From Takakia lepidozioides (taxonomy: Eukaryota > Plantae > Bryophyta), in assembly GCA_030704615.1 (NCBI GenBank), contig CM060733.1:22940001-23004000 (forward strand): a stretch of 64,000 nt of DNA, read 5' to 3'. How positions within the stretch are numbered: the first letter of the stretch is position 1; each line of letters starts with the position of its first letter. The notes below the pieces were generated by a model. It searched no databases and was not told where the DNA came from. It saw only the letters and a program-made list of their open reading frames with translations. The translations under genes and the position numbers were made by a program. Below are positions 1-13,054 of the stretch, in pieces.

Positions 1-144
1 CTGGGTGTCGAGATGCTTTGGCATAGGTGGTGGGTTCTAGGACAGCTTCAGACAAACCCACCACGAAATCATGGAATCGTCTTGGAGGGTGAATGGCTCG
101 GCCAGTGCGTGTATATACACCTTCTTGTATTGGTGGAACTGCCT

Positions 145-1409
145 CTAGTTGCCCATGCATACATGAAGAGTATCTGAGTTTGGGTCATGCAATCCTTCGA
201 ACAAGTTGTCATCAGTACCTTCAGGTGGTTCTTGGACTGGTGAAGGCTCCAAAAAATCAGGAGACTCTTGTTGTGGGAGCTCCCGCCGTGGTCCGTCCGG
301 CTGGCTATCGGCTGGCCACGAGAAATGAATGTTGTGATCTTCAAGTGGTTGTCTATTAGCAGCAGCTAGGACATAGTGCATGTGATCCTCATCAAAAACA
401 ACATCCTTAGAGATCATTATCTTGCTCATCCATGGACAAAAGCATCTATAGCCCTTGGTGCTAGTGTCATAACCCAAAAGTACACACCTCATGGATTTTG
501 GTGACCATTTGGTCCGGTGAGAGTTGATGTGGACAAAGCATACACAGCCGAACACTCGCAAGTGTTTGACATCAGGCGGGGCTCCAAATAATTTTTGGTG
601 TGGTGTGATGCCATTGTTCGCCCTGGTAGGAGACATATTGACAAGATAATTTGCCGTGCTGACAGTCTCTGCCCAAAGACGTGCTGGAAGATGGGCCCCG
701 AAGGCCAAGCTCCTAGCTCGCTCTATCAGAGTTCGGTTCTTCCTCTCTGCGATCCCATTTTGATGCGGGGTGTTAGATTGGGTGAACTGTCGTGTTATGC
801 CATGATCTGCACAAAAATTTGAGAATGCAGTCGAGCAATATTCCCCACCTTTGTCTGATCGGAACACTTTGATAGTACGTCCAAACTGTTTCTCAACTCT
901 GGACTTAAATTGCTTGAACAAGATGAAGGTGTCACTTTTTTTCCGAAGGAAGAAGACCCAACAGTACCGACTATAGTCGTCTCTAAATGTAAGAACATAC
1001 AAAGCTCCAGAGAGAGAGGGTGTGGACAGTGGTCCACAGAGATCAGTGTGGATCATATCAAGAGGCGATGAACTCCTGTGAAGACTCTTCTTTGGAGCTT
1101 TCTCCCGACTTTGCTTTCCAAGCTCGCACAAGCATGACAGGCATCGTGGCTCATGGATAGATTTTGAGGAAGATTGACGGCAAGACCTTTCTGTGATAAG
1201 AAATTCAAACTCCTGTGATTCAAGTGGCCCATCCGGTGATGCCAGATCCGTGTGAGGTCTGTGCTACTTTCCACTGTGCCTACGAATAATTCATTCAACA
1301 CCGATAGTTTGTAAAGGCCATTCGATAGATCACGAATTCCTTTACCGAGTACCTCAAGGCCAGCATTCAGCAAGAAAACATTCTTGTCTTTTATAAGCAC
1401 ATGCATCAT
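145..1409 (-). pseudogene. Ty1/copia pol fragment: GAG-pre-integrase plus integrase core, frameshifted near 1130
   Basis: ORF 1053..1409 has WHHRMGHLN. ORF 145..1131 has IHTDLCGP, DDYSRYCWV, RSDKGGEY, PHQNGIAERKNRTL, LWAETVSTANYL and LRVFGC. Confidence 0.93.
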
Positions 1410-1927
1410 TGCACTGTTCGAACTCTACATGTCTTCCTGTCGCTATGCACTGCAATCATCTTTTGAAGATGATCCTAACTCTCATTGTTATTTGGGGAGG
1501 GACTCTGGTCTTCTCGTGGCAGCCTCTATGGCGCACACTTTGTGAGGATATTTTCTCGTCCTCGTAATTGTAAAAGTGAAAGAAACATTTGTAATTGCAC
1601 AATGTTGGATGCTACAATTGTAGGCCTCATGGTAGTCTTGATTGTATTCAGCCAAGGATTCCCTGCATTAATCCCACGGTCATAGGACCATCCTCGATTA
1701 TAGGCAACGCATGTTAGTGCTGACGTGGCTGATGACGGCGCAGTGCCACGTCATCATGTGCCGCCACATCATCCTGCTGACATGACGCTCACGCCACGTC
1801 AGCGTGGGTGCAGGCTCACGCCACGTCAGCTGGCGTGAGCGTACGCTCGCGCGCTCACGCCATTGCGTCGTTGTACTCTTTGATGCTACTACTAGGTTTA
1901 ATATTTAGCACGTAAGTTAGCAGTTAC

Positions 1928-2254
1928 TGTTGGAATTCGACAGAGAATAGAGATAAAAGATGAACTAATTACTGAGAACTCTCCACCCAACCATAGGACC
2001 ACAACAAGCTGTGTCCACCCTCCGAGCTCTCCCTATTTATACTCAAAGTCTAATCCAGAAATAGCTGAGATAACTATAGCATAACTCCATGCTTTTACTT
2101 AAGATATCTCCACCTGCTATTCTGGTACAATGACTTGAGTCACTAATAACTGAAGCTAACTTTAGCTATCTCTTAGCTAACCGAGGCTTATCTCTATTGT
2201 TAACTGTGACTTGTCAGTATGTCTGGTTGTAGATATGTTTAATTACTTCCAACA
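1928..2254 (-). repeat. 3' LTR of the second Ty1/copia element (327 bp)
   Basis: 8-bp terminal inverted repeat TGTTGGAA (1928) / TTCCAACA (2247-2254). Minus-strand polypurine tract ATTGAGTGGGAG lies adjacent (2255-2266). TATAAATAGGG occurs on the minus strand near 2030-2040. Confidence 0.85.
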
Positions 2255-2275
2255 CTCCCACTCAATTAAACCATA

Positions 2276-5190
2276 TCATTGAGCTACTTCGTTTGTCTTT
2301 GGAGAAGAGACACCAAGTAAGGTTGAACACTTCATGTGTTTTGTTTGTGGTAGACTCTTCGTCAAAACATCCGCAACCATATCTCCTGTAGCACAATAGA
2401 TCATCTTGATCTCTCCATTGCATACAACTTCCCGTATGTAGTGATGTTGCACTTCAATGTGCTTCGTCCTTGAATGATATTTCAGATTCTGACTTAGTGC
2501 AATCGCACTTTGATTGTCACAATAGAGAGTCATAGGTAGTGATTGGAGATGATCCAAATCTCCAAGCAACTTCCATAACCAAATAGCCTCCTTTGCTGCT
2601 TGTGTAATGGACATGTACTCAGCTTCTGTTGATGACAACGCTGTTGCAACTTGTCGTTTGCTAGACTAAGATACAGCTCCACCTGCTAGGAGAAAACAAT
2701 GGCCTGAAGTTGATTTTCTACTATCAACGTCTCCTGCCCAGTCAGCATCAGCAAACCCCAACAAACTTTGATCTTCCACTCTCTTATAGAGTAGACCAGA
2801 GGTTGATGTTCCTCTTAGATATCGAAATATCTTCTTCACTGCTTTCCAATGGGTTTGTCTGGGATTTGAAAGAAATTGTGAGACCACTCCCACTGAATGT
2901 GCAATGTCTGGCCTAGTACAAACCATGCAATACATCAAACTGCCGACTGCGCTTTGATAAGGAGTTTTCCTCATATTTTCTTGCTCTTCTTGAGTCTTAG
3001 GTGTCATATCCTTCGTAAGTTTCAAACCAACTTCGAGAGGAGTTGATGTTGGCTTACTCATCTCCAACTTAAACCTTTGTAGAATTGTCTCAATGTATTG
3101 TCGTTGATGCATGAATACTGTATGGTTCACTCGATCTCTGCTGATTTGAATACCAAGACAGAACCGAATCTCACCCATGTCAGTCATGGCAAACTCAGCA
3201 CTTTGGTTTCTGGCAACAACCTTTGATGATCATTGGTGACAATGATTGTGTCATCCACATATAGAGCTATGACCACAAATTGTTTTCCCATCTTTTTCAC
3301 ATAGATGTTTGTGTCAGCAATGCTTCGCTCAAATCTTGCCTTTAAGAGGTAAGCATCGATCATAGCATACCAAGCTCGAGGACTTTGTTTGAGTCCATAT
3401 AAACTTTTTGCAGCTTACACACAATATCACTTCCTCCTTGTACAAACCCTTCAGGTTGTCTCATGTAGATCTCTTCTTGTAGTTCTCCATTCAGAAATGC
3501 GGTCTTAACATCCATTTGATGAACTTCGTGATCATGTTGAGCTGCAAGAGCTAACAACACTCTGATAGAAGAAATCTTCACCACTGGTGAGAAGGTTTCA
3601 TTGTAATCCACTCCTTTAATTTGTGCATAGCCTTTAGCTACAAGACGAGCTTTGTACTGGTAAATAGATCCATCAGCTTTGTACTTCAACTTGAAGATCC
3701 ACTTGCAACCAATGGCTCTTCGTCCTGTGTTGATTGCTTCTTCCCATTGTAGGTTGTCTGGAGAGCGCATCGCTTCCTCATATGTAGCAGGCTCAACCAC
3801 TTGTGATGCTTCTTCCATAGCTTCAATGGCACTCATAGATATAATCAGCCTACTAGGAGCTTTTCTTTCCCGCTGAGATCTCCTTAGAATTGGCACATCT
3901 TCAACTTCATCTCTAGAGTCCATATCAACAAGTGGTTCACCAACTTCGACTCCTTGATCAACTCCATCAAGTTGAACACCTCCATCATTTGCTTCAGCCA
4001 TTTCTTGTATTGGCTCCTCATAAGACTCCTCTTGGAAATGGTGTAATGGCTCTAAGCTCATTCCCATGTCATCGTCTCCCACTACCAAAGAGGGTATGAA
4101 GCTTTCATCAAACACTACGTCCCTACTGTGTTTGACAGCCTTAGTTGTCTTATTGAACAACTTATATCCCTTCACACCTTCTGTGTAGCCAATGAAGATG
4201 CATCCTTCTGATTTGGAGTCAAGTTTCCTTCGCTTCTGAGTAGGGATATGGACATATGCACGACATCCAAAAATCCTACAATGAGCCACACTAGGCTTCT
4301 GACCACTCCATACCTCTTCTGGTGTTTTTCCCAACACTGATTTGGTAGGTATTCTGTTGTGAAGATATGCTGCAGTGCCAACAGCTTCTGCCCAAAAATG
4401 ATTTGAAAGATTCACTTCTTTCAACATACTCCTTGCAGATTCTTGTAGTGATCTATTCATCCGCTCAGCTACACCATTCTGCTCAGGTGTATATAGAACA
4501 GTAAACTGTCGAGCTATTCCATTCTCTTGACAAAACTGATTGAAAGCCTTTGAGATGTACTCACCACCATTGTCAGATCTCAAAATCTTAAGAGGCTTTC
4601 CAGTTTGTTTTTCTGCAAGTACTTTGAACTCCTTGAATTTCTCTAGCAATTGACTTTTCTGCCTTAGGAAATTCACCACAACCCTCCTTGACAAATCATC
4701 AATGAATGTCACAAAGTACCTTGCTCCTCCAAGTGATGTGGTTTGCATTGGCCCGCACACATCAGAATGTACAATCTCCAATATACTTGTGGCTCTTCGT
4801 CCACCATCCTTAGGAAATTGACCTCGATGTTGCTTCCCTTCAAAGCAACCTTTGCATAGACGCATATCGCTCATCTCCTTCAATGGTAGTTCTTCCACAA
4901 GATAGCTTGAGAGTTGCATCTGTCTCAACTTCTTAATGCTCACATGACCTAACCTTCTATGCCACAACTTTGTTTCTGACATGACAGGTGTAGATCCCAA
5001 CTGTGGTGAAAATGTGGTAAGAGCACTAGAGACATGATGTTGTAATCTATACAAGCAATTATCAAGAATAGCTCTTGCTACCACAGCTCCTGAGCTATCT
5101 GTGATAGTACAACTCTCATCTTGGAATACCACTCTGTATCCCTTTGCAACAATTTGCCTTACAGACAGCACGTTTTTTGTTAAAGCATAT
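2276..5190 (-). pseudogene. Ty1/copia pol (pre-integrase, integrase, RT, RNase H), 5'-truncated, with frameshifts and stops
   Basis: [80 protein letters not shown] and RTKHIEV occur in copia order INT-RT-RH. Confidence 0.95.
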
Positions 5191-6589
5191 ATGAGATGAA
5201 TGATGTCACATCGCAAGTGTATGCGACGCAAAAGTTCTATGGTTTGATCACTACAACAAATTGCGGCTTTTACATCTTTGTGTTATGACTGCAAATGCAG
5301 TCATGGAAGCCATTTACGACTTCCTGACTCTGCAGACGTAAAGACCTAGTCAGTTGTGACATGGCAGATATGACTCTCCAGGCTGGCTGTCACGTGGCGC
5401 CAGAGCAGCTGTGGGGGTAGTCATACACGCTGGCATTACTGAATGACTGAATGGGTCCATGTCAGCCGCTGTGTAATAGAGACACGTACTCTCTACAGAA
5501 CACGCCACGTGTCAGACTGCGACGCCATCCGACTGCAGAGGAGGGAATCAGACGTCAGCATGTGTCGCATCGTGATTTTGACACGTGGTTCCTCATGTCA
5601 ATTGACACGCGTCGCTCAAAGTCACTCCAAACTATCTACCATCTACCCATGACCATCTACCCATGCAGGTTTCTTGTAGCTATCCTTCCACAGGGAATCA
5701 TCGGTAATCTGGAGCTTGAAATCCGGCTTTCTTGGATGATCTGGACCCACACTCTATCCCTGCTCCTTCAGCTATCCATGCCTCTGCATAGATCATGCAT
5801 ATATCCTTCCATTGCTGTTAGCAGCTGACAATGACAGCCTACATTTGTTCCAGCAAACACCCAACTCAACTTACCCCACAAGTTCCTATTCTCAATTGCA
5901 TCTGTTACTCTCTGTAATCCAACATGCATTTACCTTTTTGCCTCGGTTGTCCCACCATTGACTGGGGTCAGAAAAGTATTCATTCCACAGCTTCCCCTCA
6001 TCTCCGTTAACTGTTTTTCGATACTTTCCTGTTGTCACATTGGCAATATCATGTCAAAGTCACTCCAAACTAGATTCACTCAACCAGCTAACTTGCAAAC
6101 ATTGAAATTTAGGGCCGGTTCTGATAAGAGGGAAAAACAGGGTGAAATGTGTTGAAGAAGGTGCCTTTATTAGCAGTGCTTGATTTTATCAATTGTGCCG
6201 CTACTCCTGCGGCTTCCAGTTCACCATCTACCCATGCAGGTTTCTTATAGCTAAATCCACAGGTAATCATAGGTAATCATGTGCTTGAAATCTGGCCCTC
6301 TTGGATGAATCTGGACCCATACTCTATCCCTGCTCCTTCAGCTATCACTGCTTCTGCACAAATCATGCATACTTCCTTGCCTTGCAGCTGATAATGACAG
6401 CCTACATTTGTTCTAGGAAACACCCAACTCAGCTTATCACACTAGTTCCTATGCTGAATTGCATCTGCCCTCTATAATCTAACAAGCATTAACCTTTTTC
6501 CCTCGGTTGTCCCACCATTCCACAACTTCTCCTCGTCTCTGTGACCTGTTTCTGGATACTTTCCTGTTGTCACATTGGCATCATGTCAA

Positions 6590-7600
6590 AGTTCAGATCG
6601 ACATCTAGTACAATTCCACCACGAACCTCTTTGCTATTTTGCAGGGCTGCCAGGCTTGCACACATGTTGCAAATGTAACAAACGCGATGTGGTTGCACTG
6701 CAGTATCCCTTCCCACACCACTTGCTCATAGACCTCTCCAAAGGGCCTCCATCCCGTGCCGCTATTGTGCATATCCTGGGATCATCATCCTCCATGCACC
6801 CCAATTTGGCATACAAGTCCACAAGGGCATAGTTCAGAACAACATTTGTTTAATTCCAGCTTGGACGATCAACATCACAAACCCCGTCTTCACTCATTGC
6901 CTACTCTAGGTAAGTGCAATTATGGGCTAGGCTGGTACCACATCTCATTCAGCCATATTATCAAAACAACCATGTATCCTTGTAGTTGCACCCTGCAACC
7001 TTGGCATACATGTCCACTCCGGCAACGTTCAGAATCACATCAAATACAATACCAGCTTTGACAATATCACCGTGGACCTCTGTACCCTTTTTCAGGGCTG
7101 CCAGGCGTGCATTTGACATACATATCCACCAAGGCAGTGTTTAGAGTGACATCTAGTGGTACAATTCCAGATTTGATAATGGATCTTTGCGTCCTTTGCA
7201 GGGCTACCAGGCTCGCATTTGACATACATGTACACCAGGGGAATGTTCAGAATGACATCAGGTACAATTCCAGCTTTGATGATGTCACCATGAACCTCTT
7301 GGCCCCTTCCCAGGGCTGCTAGGCTCGCATATGCATATTTACAAACACAAATGAACATGACCTGGTTTGGCTTCATCCTTTCCCACATCATTTGTTCTTA
7401 GGTTTCCAAAGCCTTACTCCCACACCTATGCTACACACACCTTACAATCATGGCAGTCCACAACACCACATCTCATTTAGCCATGTTGTCGAACTCTCCC
7501 TTTGCATCAGGCTTGCTGCACCCACATTTGGCATACATGTCCACTAGGGCAATGGTCAGAATGACAACTAGTACAGTTTCAGCTTTGACGATGGCACATG
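6590..7600 (-). pseudogene. Captured PLS-type pentatricopeptide repeat (PPR) gene fragments inside the CACTA
   Basis: Degenerate PLS-PPR text: MDLYAKLGCMEDD; MKPNQVMFICVC..YASLAALGRGQEVHGDIIKAGIVPDVILNIPLVYMYVKC; ALVDMYAKCG at ~7520-7550. Many stops and frameshifts. Confidence 0.85.
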
Positions 7601-8066
7601 GCCAAGAGATATCCCAATATCCCGCTACCAATGGGTTCAATGCATACTCTTGTCACATTGGCAGTATCATGTCAAAGTCACTCCAACTAGATTCACTCAA
7701 CCAGCTAACTTGCAGAATTGAACATGAAAATTTAGGGCCGATTCTGATAAGAGGGGAAAATAGGGTGAAATGTGTTTTAGAAGGTGCCTTCATTAGCAGT
7801 GCTTGATTGTATCAATTGTGCTGTTGTTGCTGCGCCTTCCAATTGACCATCTACCCATGCAGGTTTCTTGTATCTATCCTTCCACAGGGAATCATAGATA
7901 ATCTGGAGCTTGAAATCTGGCCCTCTTCCACACTCTATCCCTGCTCCTTCAGCTATCTATGCCTCTGCACAAAATCATGCATACAACAATCATTCCAACA
8001 AACACCCCCAACCCTACTTATCAATGAGCAACGAGCTAACTTACATAATTCAATATGCATCTCAAG

Positions 8067-8970
8067 GCCGAGTCTGATGAGAGGGCAAAACAGGCTGAAA
8101 TAGGTCGAAGAAGAACCCATAGAGGATTTGACCGACCATCAACCCAAAAGGACCTCTTGTGTGTGCTGCTTGTGTCTTGTAGTCAGGTAATGTCGGATTG
8201 GTCTGTGAGAACCAGCACGGTGCAGATGAGCAGGCAGAGATTGAAACACGGCCTGCTAAGACCAAGCTGACTCTCCCAAGAACCTTGAAACATCAGGAAG
8301 AATACCAAATCATGGTACTAACAGGAGCCAACAGCCCACATTTGCAGGATGGACAAACTTCTTCACATCGTACATTAAGGAAAAGCCACACCTTGCCATT
8401 GCGGTTGTCGCACCATCGTGAAGGATCTTTAAAAATCTCATGCCAACTCTGCTCCGTGCTGCAAATGAAGGGCCGAGTCTGATGAGAGGGCAAAACAGGC
8501 TGAAATAGGTCGAAGAAGAAGGTGCCCTCACCACATTGTCCTCGACCTTGTGTCATGGCCCATGGAGGATTTGACTGACCATGAACCCAAGAGGGCCTCT
8601 TCAGTGTGCTGCTTGTTTTTGTAGTCAGGTAATGTCGGATTGGTCAGTGAGAACCACCACGGTGCAGCTGAGTGGGCAGAGATTGAAACACGGCCTGCTA
8701 AGACCAAGCTAACTCTCCCAAGAACCTTGTAAACATCAGGAAGAATACCAAATCATGGTACTAACAGGAGCCAACAACCCACATTTGCAGGATGGACAAA
8801 CTTCTTCACATCGTACATTAAGAAAAAGCCACACCTTGCGATTGCGGTTGTCCCACCATCGTGAAGGATCTTTTAGAAACTCATGCCAGCTCTGCTCCGT
8901 GTTGTAAAATCAGGGCCGAGCGGGTAGAGATTGAAACACGGCCTGCTAAGACGAAGCTGACTCTCCCAAG
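8067..8970 (+). repeat. Internal ~405-430 bp tandem duplication within the Pack-CACTA
   Basis: GGCCGAGTCTGATGAGAGGGCAAAACAGGCTGAAATAGGTCGAAGAAGAA occurs at 8067 and 8471. GATTGAAACACGGCCTGCTAAGAC occurs three times (~8239, ~8681, ~8929). Confidence 0.9.
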
Positions 8971-9890
8971 AACGGCGGGCTCCCAGCCGAAACCTCCTCG
9001 CACACATACCGTAGCGTTTCTAGGGTTGCTTGCTCCAAATGCGAAGGTTGATCCAACTGCGGGCCTCCCATGCATGTTTGCCCTCTCTCCCGCTCGCTCG
9101 CTCTAAGTCCCAACCCTCTCTCTCTCTCCCTCCCGCTCGCTCTAAGTCTGTTCACGCTACCGTGATGGGCAACTTTTTAAGTTTTTTAACCTTTTTGTAA
9201 ACCCTAAAAGCCCCTCTTTGATTTTTTTTCTTTTTTTTCTTTTATTAAAGGAAACCACAGGTCCTTGAGGAGGGGGGAAAATTCACCCGCCTTCATTTAT
9301 GGGCCATAAGACGTACAGGACGATCAACGCCCAGACATACTGTCACGAACAATCCCACACACGGGATAAGGCAGCGGGTTTGAACCCCAAACCACCAGGG
9401 CGACACACTATGCACTTACCAGCCGATGTGTGTTTTTTTTTTTTTTTAATTGCATTTTTTTTTTAATAAAATTGATTCTAGTAGTCAGAGTCTCCGTTTT
9501 TTCAAAATATAAATACTCATATATTATATATATAACCAGAAAAGCATGTGTTGACATGTGCAGTCATGTAGTGATTCATCCATGTGATGATATGGCAGAA
9601 TGCATTAGAGTGAGAGTCATGAAGTCATATGTCTTTCTAGCAATATACACACGTCATTCTAGTGTAGCCATGACCGTGACTGGTAGTCATATCTGCCATG
9701 CCAATATTCGTGGTCAAACATGTTTGACCTGTGTTCCGCAGAGTCCGGAGCCATGCAGTCGCATATACGCCTTCCCCAGACCTGCATTATGACTTCAAAA
9801 GCATTTTACGACTGCAAATGGCATTTCTGCCACAAATCTGTCACGACTGCGCACCCATGGGAGTCGTAAAAGCCGCAATCTGTTGTAGTG

Positions 9891-10060
9891 GATGCTGTAG
9901 AGCACGGATAAGGTCATCGGCCGTGGCCGCATACAAATCTCTTCCATTTTTGCCAGATTGTTGCAACCAGACATTGTGCACTGTCTCCGCTAGATTGCAA
10001 GAAGGCATGTCCGCCATCTCCTCAATGGACATATGCTGCAAGGCAAAAAAACACAAAGCC
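9891..10060 (-). pseudogene. Fragment of a diverged MULE transposase (catalytic Glu exon plus intron acceptor)
   Basis: MSIEEMADMPSCNLAETVHNVW...DLYAATADDLIRAL aligns without gaps to exon 2 of the 34403-37774 transposase (about 19/45 identical). The acceptor TTGCAG| at 10038-10036 is at the same position. Confidence 0.8.
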
Positions 10061-10076
10061 GATATTAGGATGGGAC

Positions 10077-12806
10077 CAAGACGCAGCGTATACATCGAAG
10101 AGCAGGAGGGTGCCGACAAAACGGCAATGCGTATCCTGTTCAGGTAATCTGCTGCCAATGCATCCCCCTATTTGCAGTTTTGAGGATTTAGCTAAGCAGC
10201 GGTGGGTATTGCGGCGCCAAAATATACCTCTGCAAGATGTGAGTGCTGGGTAATTGGGACACGGTCCACTCCGTATTTCGGTGCCGAAATACCTTATGCA
10301 TTGAGAACTTCCTCTTGCATGATGCATCAGTAGAATGATTTTTGTTGAACTGCCTCGTGATTGCAGATACATAAATTTTGCACTCATTCTGTCCGGAGCC
10401 ATTCAAAGGGTTCCACCATTCTTCCTGGCGTGGAGGACACCTGGAGGTCGTGGTACGATGTACACATAAGTAATGGCGAAGGAGTGGCATGCCGAGCATT
10501 TGGTAGACTGTCCTTGGTATGTGGATCTCCCAAGTGGGACCGTTGACCTCTCGGAGGTTAACTTGAAGAAGGAAGCAAATGCCCGGGCTATGAAGGCGCA
10601 ATCGGATCCCCAACCAGAGGATGCGGAAAGACTGAAAGCAGCGGAGGCAGCAAAGCAGAAAGCACTGAGAAAGTCAGCCAAAGTGGCAGCGTTGGCGAAG
10701 GAGCAGATGGAGAAGCAGACAGCTGAGCAGCCCAAGGACAGGAAGAAAAGAACGCGCAAACAGGGGCAAGAGACGAAGACCCCCACACCCAAGAAGAAGA
10801 AGCAGCAACATAGTCAGCCAGATGACGAGGATTCCGACGAGGATTTCCAGCAGGATAACACCTAGGGGGCCACACCTCGTCCGAAAATTCACAAGGGCCA
10901 GCGCTCCGAGGGTTCGGCTGCGAAGAGATCACTATACGAGGATGCACCTGGCAGACCCTACCGTGCGGTGCACATTGCCGGCAACCTACAATTGTGGAGT
11001 GTGTTAATGAAAATTTCCTAACTGCTCTGACCAGAAGGCTGGAGAAAACGAAATTGAGGAAGGCGATCGAGGCCAACCAGGGGAAGGAGAAGAGGAAGGC
11101 CACTGGCAATAATATCGAGGACACTCCCGGCTACACAAAGATGATGGAAGTATTTTGTGGCGATGAGCCACGGCAAAAAGAGCACAGTCGGGGGCAGGGC
11201 GGTGAAAGCCTCCATCGACATGATCCTTGTGGATATCCCGGATGGGCGGGAGATACTGGGGCTGGGCTCACTACCCTGGTGGAACAAGTACGACAAAAGA
11301 TACTGGAGCAACACATTCGTGTTCGCAGCCAACATGTTAGACGACGACGGCTGTGTTGTTGTGCTAGCAGCCGATGGAGAAGTCACTGAGAATGATATCA
11401 AAGTATGGACGGGGAGAAGTGCAGCACCCATCCTGAAAAAGATCTGGACTTGCATCAACACGCAGGGTCTTCTCAACGATGGTCAGAAGGTATGCTGTGG
11501 TTCTCCTCTGTTCTGCCAATTTTTGCGCCGAAATTGCCCATGTACATGTAGGCCACCTCTCACGTTCTCCTTTCCTTCTTTGCAGACTCTTATCTTTCAG
11601 GCATTCTGCTTCGTGAAGGAACATTCGAAATTCAAATTATGTCAAGCAGGCAGACTTGTTGATTCCACAGTTGATCCACTGGAGTATAACGTCCGGTTCA
11701 ACCATGTGGGAGAGAAGGACATGCTGTGTGATTTGTCGGGCAAGCCTTGGAGGTATGGCAGGACCAGGAGTCCTGCATTCATCCAGACGCTCATGGAAAC
11801 GTGTACGGATGTTGAAGGCAGGGTCCTCGACGTCACTGCTAATATAGGTGAGAGCGTTAAGTGATTGCGGCACTGAAATCGACACCGTTTCCAATTGTCT
11901 TTGTTTGCTTGCGCGAGGAAGCGAGTCACTCTTGACTTTGGCTTTGGTTGTGTCGTACGAATTCGCAGGTGCCTGTATGTGGACGGGAAGGATGTCCAAC
12001 CGATTTGTGTTCTCATTTGAGGGGGATACGGCCTTGTATGATTTCAATTTGGCGGGCCTACAGCGTCTGCCTCCGACTGAGGATCCCAACAACGCAGAAG
12101 AGGACGTGGAAGGGGAGGAGGAAGAGGAAGTCCAGGAAAATCGTCCGATGCAGGGGCGCCCGAAGCCACTTCCTGCAATGCCTGTCTTCGAGTGAGTTGC
12201 ACCATAGTAAGTGTATTGGTTTTGGTTGTAGGGACCATGCAACCTGCCGATGATTCCATGTTTGAATGTTCTAATGTGCTTCATTCTGTGTTTGTGCGTA
12301 CACTCAGCCTTGCAGAGTCGTCCGACGAGGAAATGCTAGGAGATTTGCCCGAATTGGACCTTGTTGCAGAGGAGACAGAATCGCATCGGCCATTCTTTGC
12401 CAGAAAATTGTTTCTCGCGAGTCCCTAGAAGCCTTTTTTTCTACCAGTGTATGCAGACACGGCTGCCAGAGAAGCCATCAGGAGGGAGGATAGGCCTACT
12501 CGGTTTGAGCAATTGATATTCGGGAATGAGCAGAGAATTATAATGAGGCGTGAGGCCAAACATGGAATTATGAAAAGCAGAGTAGGCAAGTTCGTCATAG
12601 AATCCGCGTCTGAGAGCGAGGGGGATGATGAGGACAGTTCCGCACCCAGGTGGACAGTTCCAGCTGGTGAGGATGGTATTATTGAGGGGAGGGCTTCTCA
12701 GAGCAACATTGGTAGTGGCAGTGCAGGTTCGGAGGCAGTTGGAAGGCAGCCATCCTTGCATGAGGCTGGGGATGCATCGGACAGTGATCGCGGATCCTCG
12801 CCATAG
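10077..12806 (+). pseudogene. 3' half of the ParB-MTase gene (copy 1), retaining the complete MTase-like domain
   Basis: Exons ~10077-10143, 10367-11489, 11586-11847, 11969-12191 and 12308-12806 with GT-AG introns. Motifs SIDMILVDIPDG and RSPAFIQTLMETCTDVEGRVLDVTANIG|ACMWTGRMSNRFVFSFEGD are present. Premature TAGs at 10863 and 12426; frameshifts near 10985 and 11150. Confidence 0.8.
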
Positions 12807-13054
12807 CAAAGTCTCATTTGGATCCTTCTGTTGTACAGTTCTGAAACACTTAATGAAAATATTGACAATTTCTGAAATCATTGTGTTCAGACTGCATGTC
12901 CGATTCCCTACATTTCTTCCGCAAACCACAATGTAATAATAAAAGCAGAAGAGACGCAAAGTTAAATAAAGAACCCTACAAGTAATTTATGCACACCAGC
13001 AAACCGTGAACTTGAAGCCATGAAAACCCTGCCGTTTCTAACATTCCTATTGGG

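Larger units (their letters stand above)
5650..9075 (-). pseudogene. Repeated fragments of an OSB-like gene (organellar ssDNA-binding, PDF motif) inside the CACTA
   Basis: The N-half EQSWHE(I/F)xKDPSRW(W/C)DNRNxK is followed by a GT donor at ~8390-8455 and ~8830-8895. The C-half PRKPDFKLQITDDSLWKDSYKKPAWV occurs at ~5655-5740, ~6225-6310 and ~7850-7925. Together they match the OSB PDF motif W..FF.NP..WWDNR..K.NP..PDFK......LW. Confidence 0.72.
5249..9890. mobile_element. Complete non-autonomous CACTA (EnSpm) element carrying host gene fragments (Pack-CACTA)
   Basis: TIRs CACTACAACAAATTGCGGCTTTTAC (5249) and GTAAAAGCCGCAATCTGTTGTAGTG (ends 9890) match 24/25. The 3-bp TSD GAT is at 5246-5248 and 9891-9893. 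No transposase inside. Confidence 0.93.

Noticed and set aside
11157-12195. Calling it a proven active DNA methyltransferase or assigning a gene symbol
   Set aside because: The catalytic and SAM-binding motifs deviate from consensus (DIPD, TANIG) and both copies are disrupted.
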